Assembly: GCA_963724295.1 (NCBI GenBank)
Contig: CAVRUC010000010.1
Location: 96,001-160,000 of the forward strand
DNA from: an uncultured Chloroflexia bacterium
Lineage (GTDB): Bacteria > Chloroflexota > Chloroflexia > Thermomicrobiales > UBA6265
Direction of reading: 5' to 3'
DNA length: 64,000 nt
Shown here: positions 26,483 to 36,405 of the stretch, piece after piece
Numbering within the stretch: the stretch's first letter is position 1
Layout: each line of letters opens with the position of its first letter
Program-made: the position numbers and the translations under genes
Notes under the pieces: model-generated
Seen by the model: the letters and a program-made list of their open reading frames with translations, nothing else
Databases searched by the model: none
What the model was told of the DNA's origin: nothing

Positions 26483-29053
26483 TCAGACCGCTTTCTCTGG
26501 AGCGGCGCGTTCCCAGAAATCCACGAATCGTCTGTGAAGTCGTTGGTGGTCAGGCGCGGTGAGCTCCGGGTCCGCGGCGAGGAGCGCCTCCGCCGCGCGC
26601 CGAGCGCGATCGAGCAGGCGAGTATCGAAGACCCCATCAAGCCACTGCATCTCCGGTAGCCCGCTTTGGCGCGTGCCGATGAAGTCGCCTGGCCCCCGCA
26701 GCTCGAGATCCTTTTCGGCGAGCAAGAAGCCGTCGTCGCTGGCGACCATCGTCTCCAGGCGCTGCTCGCCGTCCGGACTTCCTTCTTCCGCGAGCAGCAA
26801 GCAGTACGACAGCGCTCCCCCTCTTCCGACGCGCCCTCGAAACTGATGGAGTTGAGCCAGCCCGAAGCGGTCCGCCCCCTCGATAAGCATCACGGTCGCG
26901 TTCGGGACGTCGATACCGACTTCGATCACGGAGGTGGAGACGAGCACGTCGTAGCGCCGATCCCGGAAGTCGGTCATGACGGCATCCTTGTCCCGTGATT
27001 TCATGCGACCGTGCAAGGTCGCGATGCGTAGCTCGGGAAAGACCTCCTGGCTGAGTCGTTCCGCTTCTTCCACCGCCGCCTTCGCCTCGATCGCGTCCGA
27101 GGCCTCGACCAGCGGGCAGATGACGAAGACCTGATGCCCTTTGGCGACTTCTTCGCGCACCAGGGCGTAGGCAGCCTCCCGCTCCGCGCCGATGTACCGC
27201 CGCGTTTCAATGGGGATGCGCCCCGGCGGGCGATGGGTCAGGACCGAGACGTCGAGGTCGCCGTGGATCACCAGGTTGAGCGTGCGCGGGATCGGGGTGG
27301 CGGTCATCGCCAGCTGGTGGGGGAGCCGCCCCTCGGTCTTCCCAGGGAGCGCCGCACGCTGCCGGACGCCGAACCGGTGCTGCTCATCGACGACGGTGAG
27401 CGCCAGCCGCGGCAGATCGATGCCATCCTGGATGAGGGCATGCGTGCCGATCAAGATATCGATCTCGCCAGCGCCCGCTGCTTCGAGAATCTCGCGCCGA
27501 TCGGTCGCCCGTGTCGATCCGGTGAGCAACCGCACCCGCGGCCTCTCCCCATCCGGCAAACGGGCGTAAAGCATGCCCAGACCTTGCAGGTGCTGCTCGG
27601 CAAGGATCTCGGTCGGCGCCATCAGGGCGGACTGAAAGCCGTTGGCCGTCGCGGCGAGCATGGCCGCGGCGGCCACCGCGGTCTTGCCGGAGCCGACGTC
27701 GCCTTGCAGCAGCCTGGCCATTGGCTTCTGCTGGCTCATGTCTTCGAGAATCTCGACCAGGACCGATTGTTGCGTGCCCGTGAGCCGGAACGGCAATGAC
27801 TCTGCCCACCGCCTGAGCAACTCCTCGTCGGTTTGGATCGGGATGCCGTCGTAGGCCTTGCGCTCGCGCTTGCGCAGCACCAGCCCCAGTTGCAAGAGGA
27901 AGAGGTCGTCAAACGCCAGCCGCTCCTTCGCCGCCTGGAGTGATGCCTCGTCGTCGGGGTAGTGAACCTGAGCAATAGCCTCCCGTAGGGGTGGCAACGC
28001 TCCATCGGACGTCAGCCGCACCTCATCCGGCAAGTACTCCTCGACCGATTCCAGGGCGAGCTCGAGCGCCTGTCGGGAAAAGCCGCGCATCGACTTCTGG
28101 GCGAGTCCGGCAGTGAGTGGGTAAACCGGTACGATGCGTCCGGTTGAGACTCCACCACTCGTTTCTGAACTGACACGCTCCCACTCCGGTCCGGTGAAGG
28201 AGAGTGGTCCGTATCCTGACTCCAGCGCGCCGCTCACCGCGATTTCGTCGCCGACGTGGAGCACGCTGGCCAGGTACTGGTTGAACCAGGTAACCCGCAC
28301 CCACCCGGAGACATCGGCGAGCTTGATCGTGACCCGCGGCGCGCCGGGCCCTCGATGCAGCTGGACATCGGTCACGCGCCCACGCACCGTCACGTCGCTG
28401 CCCGGCCGCAGGTTCAGCGCCTCGCCGATGCGGATCGTGCGCGAGTAGTCGATGTGCCGTCGCGGCGCCAGGTGCAGCAAGTCGCCGACCGTCTGCACTC
28501 CGAGCCGGGCCAGTTTCTTGCTGGTTGCACCGCCCGCGCCTTTGAGCGCGGTGACCGGGTCATCGAGTGTGAGACGGGGCTTGGGTACGACTGGAGATGC
28601 CGGTGACGCGACGCGGTCTGACTCGACGCGCGGCCGATCGTTGGACTTGCGTGCCGGTCGCCGCGCGCTGTCCATGACGTTCATGGGACGAGCGGGCGCC
28701 TCGAGCCTGGCGACCTCAGGGATCAGCCGCTTGATCGCGGCGGCGATCTCCGTGAGCGCGGCCGGACGCCGCTCGCGGGGAAGCGTCGTGTAGGCGTCGA
28801 GATCGGCGATCACGCGGCTCAGATCATCCGCGATCTGCTCGCTCGCCGCGGCTGGCCGCAGCCGGCGCACGCTACCGAGAGCCGTCTGATAGGCCATGCC
28901 CGCGGAGCAGCCGTCGCGCCACTCCCGGCGCAGCAACTCGACCGCCATCTCGAGTCGGGACCGGGCGTCCCCGGGTGGAAGCGTGGTCATTTCCGCATGG
29001 TTGGCGATGAGCGATCGATCCTGGTTCACGCCCGTATTGGGAGCAACTGCCAT
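26483..29053 (-). CDS. recG: ATP-dependent DNA helicase RecG
   Basis: LLQGDVGSGKT, VDEQHRFG, TATPIPR, QLHQFRGRVGR, DLELRGPG; OB wedge; N-terminal extension. Confidence 0.95.
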   Translation of the reverse strand: MAVAPNTGVNQDRSLIANHAEMTTLPPGDARSRLEMAVELLRREWRDGCSAGMAYQTALGSVRRLRPAAASEQIADDLSRVIADLDAYTTLPRERRPAALTEIAAAIKRLIPEVARLEAPARPMNVMDSARRPARKSNDRPRVESDRVASPASPVVPKPRLTLDDPVTALKGAGGATSKKLARLGVQTVGDLLHLAPRRHIDYSRTIRIGEALNLRPGSDVTVRGRVTDVQLHRGPGAPRVTIKLADVSGWVRVTWFNQYLASVLHVGDEIAVSGALESGYGPLSFTGPEWERVSSETSGGVSTGRIVPVYPLTAGLAQKSMRGFSRQALELALESVEEYLPDEVRLTSDGALPPLREAIAQVHYPDDEASLQAAKERLAFDDLFLLQLGLVLRKRERKAYDGIPIQTDEELLRRWAESLPFRLTGTQQSVLVEILEDMSQQKPMARLLQGDVGSGKTAVAAAAMLAATANGFQSALMAPTEILAEQHLQGLGMLYARLPDGERPRVRLLTGSTRATDRREILEAAGAGEIDILIGTHALIQDGIDLPRLALTVVDEQHRFGVRQRAALPGKTEGRLPHQLAMTATPIPRTLNLVIHGDLDVSVLTHRPPGRIPIETRRYIGAEREAAYALVREEVAKGHQVFVICPLVEASDAIEAKAAVEEAERLSQEVFPELRIATLHGRMKSRDKDAVMTDFRDRRYDVLVSTSVIEVGIDVPNATVMLIEGADRFGLAQLHQFRGRVGRGGALSYCLLLAEEGSPDGEQRLETMVASDDGFLLAEKDLELRGPGDFIGTRQSGLPEMQWLDGVFDTRLLDRARRAAEALLAADPELTAPDHQRLHRRFVDFWERAAPEKAV

Positions 29054-29119
29054 CTGCTCCAGTGCCGGGGCGGTTGCAAGTCTAGCGCAGGGCGATGGGC
29101 TGCCCGGGCACCCCGTAGC

Positions 29120-29941
29120 CTACGCGACGTCTGCCTCGACGACCGCGACACCGAGAGCGCCGGGGCCGACCTGGGCCGCCACCGCCGGCCCGATCTGATG
29201 CACGGCGAGACGGTGTGACGGAAGTCCCGTGCCGCCAGCAATTGTCCGGAGCAAGCGGTCCCCGTCAGTCTCACTGGTGGCGTAGAGCACCGCGCAGCGT
29301 TCCACCGCGGGGAGCTCGCACACGAACTCGGCAAGCTCGTGGATCGCGCGGTGACGAGTACGTGCTCGCTCGTACGGGATAATCTGTCCTTCGTCGATGC
29401 GCAACAACGGCTTGAGCTGAAGTGCCTCGGCGATCATCGCGGCGGAGCGTCCGATCTGCCCGTTTTCGCGCAGGTGTTCGACGCTCTCCACCGAAAAGAC
29501 GACGTGGTAGCGGTGAATCGCCGCCCGCAGGGTCGCCGCAATCTCGACGGCGCTCATTCCCTGCTGAGCCAGCTCGGCGCCATGCATGACCTGAAAGCCG
29601 AGTCCGAGGGAGGCGGAGCGGGAATCGACGACTTCGATAGCGATGACCTTCGCCAATCGGTCTCGCGCCTGGAGCGCCGCATCCACTATGCCCCCGAGCC
29701 GGCTGGAGAGGAGAACCGCGACAACCGCGTCGTGGTCATTCGCCAGCTCGGTGAATGTCGCCGCAAACGTATCGACCAGCGCTGGCCGCGGTGCTTTCGG
29801 GTGTCCCTCGACGTCGCGGGCCATTGCGGCGCGGCCCGGAACGGCAGCGACCGGCGCCGGGACGACCGTGATCCGTCCACCCGCTCGCATTTCGGGAGTG
29901 AGATCGGCGCTGCTATCAGTGACGATCGCTATGCGTGCCAT
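29120..29941 (-). CDS. DegV family fatty-acid-binding protein (FakB-like)
   Basis: IAIVTDSSADL, LSSRLGG, VVDSRSASLG, LKPLL, QVGPGALG. Confidence 0.85.
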   Translation of the reverse strand: MARIAIVTDSSADLTPEMRAGGRITVVPAPVAAVPGRAAMARDVEGHPKAPRPALVDTFAATFTELANDHDAVVAVLLSSRLGGIVDAALQARDRLAKVIAIEVVDSRSASLGLGFQVMHGAELAQQGMSAVEIAATLRAAIHRYHVVFSVESVEHLRENGQIGRSAAMIAEALQLKPLLRIDEGQIIPYERARTRHRAIHELAEFVCELPAVERCAVLYATSETDGDRLLRTIAGGTGLPSHRLAVHQIGPAVAAQVGPGALGVAVVEADVA

Positions 29942-30119
29942 GCAAGGAAGCCCGAAACGAGGAGAATCTGCGCCGTTGCCCGCATTTCCAGGGATATGGT
30001 AGGCTTTCTGGTCGCGCGAGTGCTGTCCAGGCCCGAATCTCTGGGCTCCCATATTGGGCCTCGGCTCGCGTCGTGAGCGAAGCATAGTTCAGGGACACCA
30101 GAGCGGAAGGATTCTCGAC

Positions 30120-30305
30120 GTGGCCGGCAAGTGTGAGGTGTGTGGTAAGACGACGAAGTTTGGCCACAATGTGAGCTTCTCCAAGCGGCGGACGAACCGC
30201 ATGTTCAAACCGAATATTCAGTCCAGAGTACTGGTCATCGACGGCGTGGCGAAGCGGAGGAGCGTCTGCACGGGGTGCCTGCGGACGATGGTCAAGACCT
30301 CCTGA
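30120..30305 (+). CDS. rpmB: 50S ribosomal protein L28 (Cys-containing form)
   Basis: [27 protein letters not shown]...CTGCLR. Confidence 0.95.
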   Translation: MAGKCEVCGKTTKFGHNVSFSKRRTNRMFKPNIQSRVLVIDGVAKRRSVCTGCLRTMVKTS

Positions 30306-30335
30306 GACCACGTCCCGCCGTGCATGCGGAAATCA

Positions 30336-30370
30336 AAGCCCCCGGGTCGTAATCACCCGGGGGCTTCCTT
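30336..30370 (+). terminator. Hairpin terminator after rpmB
   Basis: AAGCCCCCGGGT...ACCCGGGGGCTT then CCTT. Confidence 0.6.
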
Positions 30371-30397
30371 GACCTCGGATTCGGGATCCCGCGTTCC

Positions 30398-31711
30398 ATG
30401 TCTGTCACACGTCGAGCGGAGCTCATGCGTCAGTCCAGGCAAAGGAGACAGCGCATGACACCGCGACGGAGCCGGCCCGAGCGCAGCACCCCCGTCGTCC
30501 TTCCCGCTCGACCCGGCGATGAGACCGAAACGGTCGTCGAGCGGATAGTCCCAGGTGGCTTCGGGCTCGGCTTCGGCGGTGGCCGCACCCTCTTCGTTTC
30601 ACGCGCCGCGCCGGGCGATCGGTTGCGGGTCCGCGTCGACCGCGAGCACGGGCGCGTCGCGCACGCCTCGATCGTCGATGTCCTCGAACCCGGTCCTGAC
30701 CGCGTTGAGGAGCCGTATCCCCTCCTCTCCCGTTGCGGCGCGGATTTTCAGCATCTGCGGTATGACGCCCAGCTGGCCGCCAAGAGCGGCATGATCGGCG
30801 ATAGCCTGCGTCGTATCGGCGGGATCGATCTGGCTGATCCGGTTCCGGTCGCGCCATCACCTGTGGTCTGGGGGTACCGCGCCCGGGCTGAATGGCGACA
30901 CGATCCAAATCAACCGGCCCTCGGCTACTTCGATGCGGGGACGCGCCGGGTTGTCGATCTCGCGGAGGACCCGTTCGTCGTCCCCGCGCTTGCCGATCGG
31001 TATGAGCAATTGCGCGAGAAGCTGATGGCCGGACGGCTGCCGGAGTGGGCCACCGAGCTACGGGCGGCGGCCGGCGACGATGGCATCTCGTTCGCGCCGC
31101 CATTGGAGCTCCCGCAGCCGCTGCCGGTCCACGCGACGGTCGCCGGAGAGCGATACGAGTACGACGCCGACTGCTTCTTTCAGGTCAATCCATTCGTGCT
31201 CGACGATCTGATGGCGGAGGCGCTCCGCCACACCCCTGAGATCGGGGCGGCGCCGTCACCGGCATCTCGTCTGGCCATTGACCTCTACTGCGGGGTCGGG
31301 TTGTTCACCGTTCCGCTCGCGCGCCGCTTCAGCCAGGTCATCGGGGTCGAAGGCCAGCCGCGCGCCGCCGAGTTTGCGTCACGCAACGTTGCCGCTGCCG
31401 GTCTCACGCACGCGCGCATTCGCACTGAGTCGGTAGAGCGTTGGCTGGAAGGCGCCTATCGTAGCCATGGACGGACACCGTTCGTGCTGCTTGACCCACC
31501 GCGCACCGGGCTGCCAGCGCATGGCCTTCGCGTGCTGCCGCGCCTGCGGGCATCGCGCGTGACCTACGTCGCATGCGATCCGTCGACGCTGGCGCGCGAT
31601 CTGAAGGGCCTCCTCGCGTCAGGCTACGAACTGACCTCGGTCACCGGCTTCGACATGTTTCCGCAAACGCATCACGTCGAGATCGTGGCGCACTTGCGGA
31701 GGACGAGCTGA
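30398..31711 (+). CDS. rlmD: TRAM-domain 23S rRNA m5U methyltransferase (RlmD/TrmA family)
   Basis: TRAM domain, FFQVN, DLYCGVG, LDPPRTG, YVACDP, DMFPQTHHVE; start uncertain. Confidence 0.85.
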   Translation: MSVTRRAELMRQSRQRRQRMTPRRSRPERSTPVVLPARPGDETETVVERIVPGGFGLGFGGGRTLFVSRAAPGDRLRVRVDREHGRVAHASIVDVLEPGPDRVEEPYPLLSRCGADFQHLRYDAQLAAKSGMIGDSLRRIGGIDLADPVPVAPSPVVWGYRARAEWRHDPNQPALGYFDAGTRRVVDLAEDPFVVPALADRYEQLREKLMAGRLPEWATELRAAAGDDGISFAPPLELPQPLPVHATVAGERYEYDADCFFQVNPFVLDDLMAEALRHTPEIGAAPSPASRLAIDLYCGVGLFTVPLARRFSQVIGVEGQPRAAEFASRNVAAAGLTHARIRTESVERWLEGAYRSHGRTPFVLLDPPRTGLPAHGLRVLPRLRASRVTYVACDPSTLARDLKGLLASGYELTSVTGFDMFPQTHHVEIVAHLRRTS

Positions 31712-31802
31712 GACGGGCAGTCGGTAAGTCGGTAAGAACGAATATAGTCCGATACCCGATGGCCTACGTCCGACTTCCGACCCCCGACCTCCGACTCCAA
31801 CC

Positions 31803-32189
31803 TCACGCCCAGGGATCGTCGCCCTCCGGCAACCGCCCGCCGAAGCGCCCTGATTCACCACGATCGGCCTCGGCCAGGCCGACGAGGGTGTCGAGGAACG
31901 GTTCCAGACCGGTATCCGGCTGGTGGAACCGGAAGCGGCCGAGCTCGTAGAGCACGCGTTGGTCGGGAAGGAACTCCTCACCCTGTCCCGCCAGTCGTTG
32001 CAAGTCGAGCAGCCGGGGGTCGTCGGCGGGAAGCGTCAACACATGAGCGGCAAGCTCCTCGAGCGCGGCCGCGGTGCGGAGATTCCGCTCATCGCGGTCG
32101 TACTCTTCCGCCTTGCGCCGGCGCCAGGCAGCGGTCGAGCGGCAGAACTCCGCCAGCGAGAGCTGGAACCGGGACGGACCCGAGTCCAT
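31803..32189 (-). CDS. Hypothetical protein
   Basis: Helical charged ORF starting MDSGPSRF, adjacent to the upstream small ORF. Confidence 0.6.
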   Translation of the reverse strand: MDSGPSRFQLSLAEFCRSTAAWRRRKAEEYDRDERNLRTAAALEELAAHVLTLPADDPRLLDLQRLAGQGEEFLPDQRVLYELGRFRFHQPDTGLEPFLDTLVGLAEADRGESGRFGGRLPEGDDPWA

Positions 32190-32190
32190 G

Positions 32191-32454
32191 CTACGTGTCA
32201 TTCCCGGTGAATACCCCGCGGTCGAGCAGATACCGGGCGATGTAGGCGTTATTGGCGTCCAGCAGTTTGATCGCATAGGAGGAGGCTGCCCGCGCCGCGG
32301 CAAACCCGGCCGATTCGAGCTCCTCCTCAACGGTCGTCCCGCGTGCCGCGGCGGCTTCGGCGGCTTCCTCGGTCAGGAGCACCTCGAGATAGGCGTGCAT
32401 CTCTTCCGCCGTCATCCCGATCGTGTCACGCGCCCCCGTTGCTGCCTCTCCCAC
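32191..32454 (-). CDS. Small hypothetical protein
   Basis: GGGAGG RBS before GTG 32454; acidic helical sequence. Confidence 0.55.
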   Translation of the reverse strand: MGEAATGARDTIGMTAEEMHAYLEVLLTEEAAEAAAARGTTVEEELESAGFAAARAASSYAIKLLDANNAYIARYLLDRGVFTGNDT

Positions 32455-32541
32455 GATGACCTCCCGCCTCGCCAAGCGTCCGTGCCGGGCGATGGTAGCA
32501 CCCGACCGCGCCGCGTTTGTGCCACGGGTCCAAGGGGCGCT

Positions 32542-32550
32542 TGCTATACT
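32542..32550 (+). promoter_or_regulatory. Extended -10 promoter (TGCTATACT) for the ferredoxin
   Basis: TGn-TATACT about 105 nt upstream of the ferredoxin start. Confidence 0.5.
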
Positions 32551-32656
32551 CGCGACGCCCGCGAGTTCGTCGACGACGAGCGCATGTGCGGTCCGCAGCG
32601 GGTCCGTAGCGCACCCACTCTCACGACCCGGAAAATCGGGTGAGGAGCGATGTGCC

Positions 32657-32902
32657 GTGGCGTATGTGATCGCCCAGCCATGCATCGGCGTCAAGGACAA
32701 TAGCTGTGTCGAGGTCTGTCCTGTCGACTGCATCCATTCGACGGACGACGCCGATCAGTACTTCATCAACCCGGACGAGTGCATCGACTGCGGTGTCTGC
32801 GCCGAGGTCTGCCCGGTCGAGGCCATCTTCTTCGAGGATGACCTGCCCGAGCAGTGGGCATCATTCACGCTTGTCAACGCCGAGTTCTTCAAGAACCGCT
32901 AG
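32657..32902 (+). CDS. Ferredoxin (7Fe/8Fe dicluster, FdxA-like)
   Basis: PCIGVKDNSCVEVCPVDCI and ECIDCGVCAEVCPVEAI. Confidence 0.9.
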   Translation: MAYVIAQPCIGVKDNSCVEVCPVDCIHSTDDADQYFINPDECIDCGVCAEVCPVEAIFFEDDLPEQWASFTLVNAEFFKNR

Positions 32903-33028
32903 CGAATTCACTTCGAAACGTCGCGCCCTGGGATTGCGATTGCGGTCCACGCGAATTTGCTCCTCCAGGGAGCGCGATCCCGAGAATAGTGGGACTCCGG
33001 ACCGGAGACCTTCTGTCTCGCCCGTAGA

Positions 33029-33877
33029 ATGCGGGACCGTGCCACTCGCGCTACGCCTGAGAGTCGGGAGACGGGCATAGACGGGCCGCGATTGAGCGAC
33101 GTCGCGCGCCAATTCGCCAATGTCTTCGCGGCGATCTTCCAGGTCTATGCGTCGTACACCGTCGGATCCTCTGTTGGCGCCATCGCCCAGGAATACCGCT
33201 CCTCGATCCTCCCCGCCACGTACGCCTTCGCCATCTGGGGACCGATCTTCATCCTCTGCGGAATCTACGCGGTGTACCAGGCGCTTCCCGCACAGCGGGA
33301 GAACCCGATTTTCCGCGCGATCGGCTGGTGGACGGCGGGCGCATTTCTTGCCAATGGCGCATGGAGCTACGCGTACACCAGCCGTCAATTCCTGCTGGCC
33401 CAGGCGATCATCGTTGCCGGCGTGGTCCTGGCCGGGGGCGCGTATTTCCACGTTGTGGGCGGGGTGCCCGCCGCCCGCCTGACACATATCGACAATTGGC
33501 TCGTCGGGCCTACACTCGGACTGCTGTTTGGGTGGCTTACCGCCGCCAGTGCCGTCGGTCTGGCGGGGACGCTCATCGCCAGGGGTTTTGCCGCGAGCGG
33601 TCAGGGTGCGGAAATCCGGGACGCGGCTCTCCTGCTCCTGAGCGGTGCGGTGGCCTTCCTTGTCATCCGTGCGTCCCGGCAGGGACCGTACGGCGCCTGG
33701 GTGTCCTTTAGCGCGGCAGTGCTCTGGGCTCTTGTGGCCATCATCGTCGAGCAGCGGTCGACCTCGATCATCACGACCGCAACGGCGGTCGTCATCGCGG
33801 TCATCGTGCTGTTCGCGGCATTCGGAGCCCGGGGAACGCCTACCCGGCCGCCTGGGCGGTCCGCGCCAGCAGTCTAG
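33029..33877 (+). CDS. Tryptophan-rich sensory (TspO/MBR-related) membrane protein
   Basis: LPATYAFAIWGPIF, LLFGWLTAA; about 8 TM helices. Confidence 0.65.
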   Translation: MRDRATRATPESRETGIDGPRLSDVARQFANVFAAIFQVYASYTVGSSVGAIAQEYRSSILPATYAFAIWGPIFILCGIYAVYQALPAQRENPIFRAIGWWTAGAFLANGAWSYAYTSRQFLLAQAIIVAGVVLAGGAYFHVVGGVPAARLTHIDNWLVGPTLGLLFGWLTAASAVGLAGTLIARGFAASGQGAEIRDAALLLLSGAVAFLVIRASRQGPYGAWVSFSAAVLWALVAIIVEQRSTSIITTATAVVIAVIVLFAAFGARGTPTRPPGRSAPAV

Positions 33878-36138
33878 AGCTCGTCCACGGGCATGGTTGC
33901 CCGCCAGATTTCCTCGCCGGATACCCAGTAGACGGTCCCGTTCAGCTCGTCAATCGCCAGGTCTTCCGCACTGGCGAGCGTCACCGCCGCGGCATGGCCC
34001 ACCAGATCACCCGGCAACGGCGCCGGCGTGAGATATTGCCGGGCTTCGCCCGAGGCATCAATCCGGACGATGCGGCCCGCGTTCTCCCCAATCGTCCCGT
34101 TGCGATCCACGATGTAGAAGTCATTGGCAAACGGGGCATCCGCCAGAAATGCCACATCGCCCAGGGAAGGCACGACGAAGGGGGAGACCGTGCCCGCGAG
34201 TGCTCCCCGCGAGAAGGTCAGCATCCGGCCATCGTCGAGGAGCACGTGAATCCGCCCGTCGATGGCGAAGTCGCGGGCATTCTCCAGATCGGGAACGTCC
34301 TCGACAGCCGCCCAGACGTCCACCCGCGAGCCATTGGCCGCTTGATCGAAGCGGATGAGGTTTCCGTCCCGGGAAAGACCATAGGCTGCGTCACCCCAGG
34401 TGATCACCGGCGCATCGGGCCGCAGTTCGTCGCCCTCGGTCATCGCGAGCGGCCGGCGCTGCCATCGACCTAGTTCGTCGCGCATATAGGTCGCGGCGCC
34501 GTCGGAGGCGACGACCTGGCCGCCGTCGATGGAGACATGGCGGATATCGCCGGCGGATCCGCCGCCGACGGCATCTCCATGCGCCAACAGGGTAACGAGT
34601 CGTCCCTCTTCCGAATCGAGCTCGTAGAGATTCCCCGCCGCGAGGTACAGCGTCTCGCCCGCGAGGGCCAGCCGCACCGACCCTTCGCGGGCTTCAGCCG
34701 GCAGTGCGCCCACCCGCTCGACGTCGCCCAGGCGCAGGAGGCGCCACACGTCGTCGCGCATGCTTGCCAGTTCCTGCTCCCGGCGCACCAGATCATCGCC
34801 AGCCGCACCCGCGTCGCGCGCCGCACTGACGGCGACTTCAGCCTCGGCAATCGATGTCATCGCCGTGCCGGGGTTATCCCGCGCCCACATCAAGGCCGTG
34901 TCGACTGCCACCAGCGCGGCGCCGGCTCGCGCCTCACGCTCCCGCTGTTGCTCGAGTGCGACACCCGTGCCGCCAATAGCAACGAACAGAAACAACGTGA
35001 CCGCGAGGAGTCGCGCGGGGACGTGAATGCCGGGCCCCCGGGGCAAATTCGCTCGCCACTCGGCCGGCAACCCGGACGATTCGCGATACCGGCGAACGCT
35101 CATCGCTCCGGGCGCGGCCAGTGCCGTTCGACGCGCGACAGAGGCGGTTGCACGCTGCTGGCGGCTTCCCGAGAATAGCTCGGCCAGGTCGATGACCCAG
35201 TCACGTAGCCCTTCGAACATCGGTGGCCGCTCTTCGAAAGCCGGCGGCATCACCGCTGGTCTTTCGGCGCTTGCGGCGGCCGCGATGACGGTGTCGGTCT
35301 GGGCCAGCGTAGACAGCTGCGCGGCACTCCCTGCCGCGGAAGATGACGTCGCCCTCGTCGCTCCGCGAGCAAATCGCGGCTGCAAGCGCGGGCGCAGGCG
35401 CGAGCGGCCCGGCAGTCGGGAGATGGAGGCCACGATGGCAAATGCGTCGGCCACGTCGTGCGCTGTCAGGAGGCGTTCCAGGCGATCGGCCGAGCCTTCG
35501 AGATCTCGAGTCAGGAGCTCCCCGCCAAAGAGGTCGACGACGGCCTGCTCGTCACGAGCCAACGCTCGCCCCAGACTCGTGGCACAGAGCACGATGAGGT
35601 CACCGGGCGCCGCCTCGGAATGGTAGAGCCGCGGTGTTGGCTCGTCGCCAAACCCGAGCGGATGCGATTCGGAGACTGACGCATCGGGTGCGTAGTCGCC
35701 TCGCCACGAGGCAACGTCGGGGAAGGCATAGACCTGGCCATCTTGAACGAGGATCGCCTGCGATGGCGACGCTTGAGCGACGACAACCTCCCGGCCAGCC
35801 AGCGCAACCGCGGTTGCACCGACGTAAATACGACGCTCCCAGCGCCCGGTCGCAAGCGGGCGATTCTGGGCCATGACCGCCGCGTTGGCCGCGGCGAAGG
35901 CTGCGGCGAGCGCTTCAGCAGCAGTTCCCGCTGTCGCGGCAAAGGTCTCGCGGATCGCACGCAGGGCAACCGCGGCGAGCTCCATGCCGCGCGGCGACAA
36001 TTCGATCGGCTCGACACAGGCAAGCAGAACCCGGCCAAACCGATCTGGAACCGGGGCGACAGAGGCGACCCCGGCGGTGTCTGCCGCCGATCCATCAGAC
36101 AGTGCGAAACCGACCGCGGTCACGCTGGCGCGGCCCAT
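33874..36138 (-). CDS. Membrane protein: degenerate PP2C-like domain, TM helix, beta-propeller-like C-terminal region
   Basis: PP2C-like order of elements (AFAAANAAV, GATAVAL, AILVQDG, PLG, PGDLIVLC); single TM; repeated beta-rich blades (FAIDGRIHVL, LAIDELNGTVYW). Confidence 0.65.
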   Translation of the reverse strand: MGRASVTAVGFALSDGSAADTAGVASVAPVPDRFGRVLLACVEPIELSPRGMELAAVALRAIRETFAATAGTAAEALAAAFAAANAAVMAQNRPLATGRWERRIYVGATAVALAGREVVVAQASPSQAILVQDGQVYAFPDVASWRGDYAPDASVSESHPLGFGDEPTPRLYHSEAAPGDLIVLCATSLGRALARDEQAVVDLFGGELLTRDLEGSADRLERLLTAHDVADAFAIVASISRLPGRSRLRPRLQPRFARGATRATSSSAAGSAAQLSTLAQTDTVIAAAASAERPAVMPPAFEERPPMFEGLRDWVIDLAELFSGSRQQRATASVARRTALAAPGAMSVRRYRESSGLPAEWRANLPRGPGIHVPARLLAVTLFLFVAIGGTGVALEQQREREARAGAALVAVDTALMWARDNPGTAMTSIAEAEVAVSAARDAGAAGDDLVRREQELASMRDDVWRLLRLGDVERVGALPAEAREGSVRLALAGETLYLAAGNLYELDSEEGRLVTLLAHGDAVGGGSAGDIRHVSIDGGQVVASDGAATYMRDELGRWQRRPLAMTEGDELRPDAPVITWGDAAYGLSRDGNLIRFDQAANGSRVDVWAAVEDVPDLENARDFAIDGRIHVLLDDGRMLTFSRGALAGTVSPFVVPSLGDVAFLADAPFANDFYIVDRNGTIGENAGRIVRIDASGEARQYLTPAPLPGDLVGHAAAVTLASAEDLAIDELNGTVYWVSGEEIWRATMPVDEL

Positions 36139-36292
36139 TGGCCTTCACCTCCCCGGCCACAACCGGGGCGACGGACTATGCGGCGAAGCGATGACCGGAA
36201 GGGGGCATCCGGGATCCTCGCGCGCGGAGTTGGGACGGTGCTGTCGGGTGCCACCGAGTGTAGCAGCAGCTTGTACGTACGTCTATGGTTGG

Positions 36293-36338
36293 AGTCGGTA
36301 AGTCGGTGAGTCGGTGAGTCGGTGAGTCGGTAAGTCGG
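36293..36338. repeat. Tandem 8-mer array (AGTCGGTR) x about 6
   Basis: Read directly from the sequence. Confidence 0.85.
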
Positions 36339-36405
36339 ATGCGCGGCGGTTCTAGCTCCCCTCGCATGGAGTTAGGAAAGCGAGTCTGGAGCGGGACAGT
36401 CTTCG

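Noticed and set aside
36293..36338. CRISPR array suggested by short repeats (also 44766-44809)
   Set aside because: The units are contiguous 7-8-mers with no spacers, and there are no cas genes in the window.
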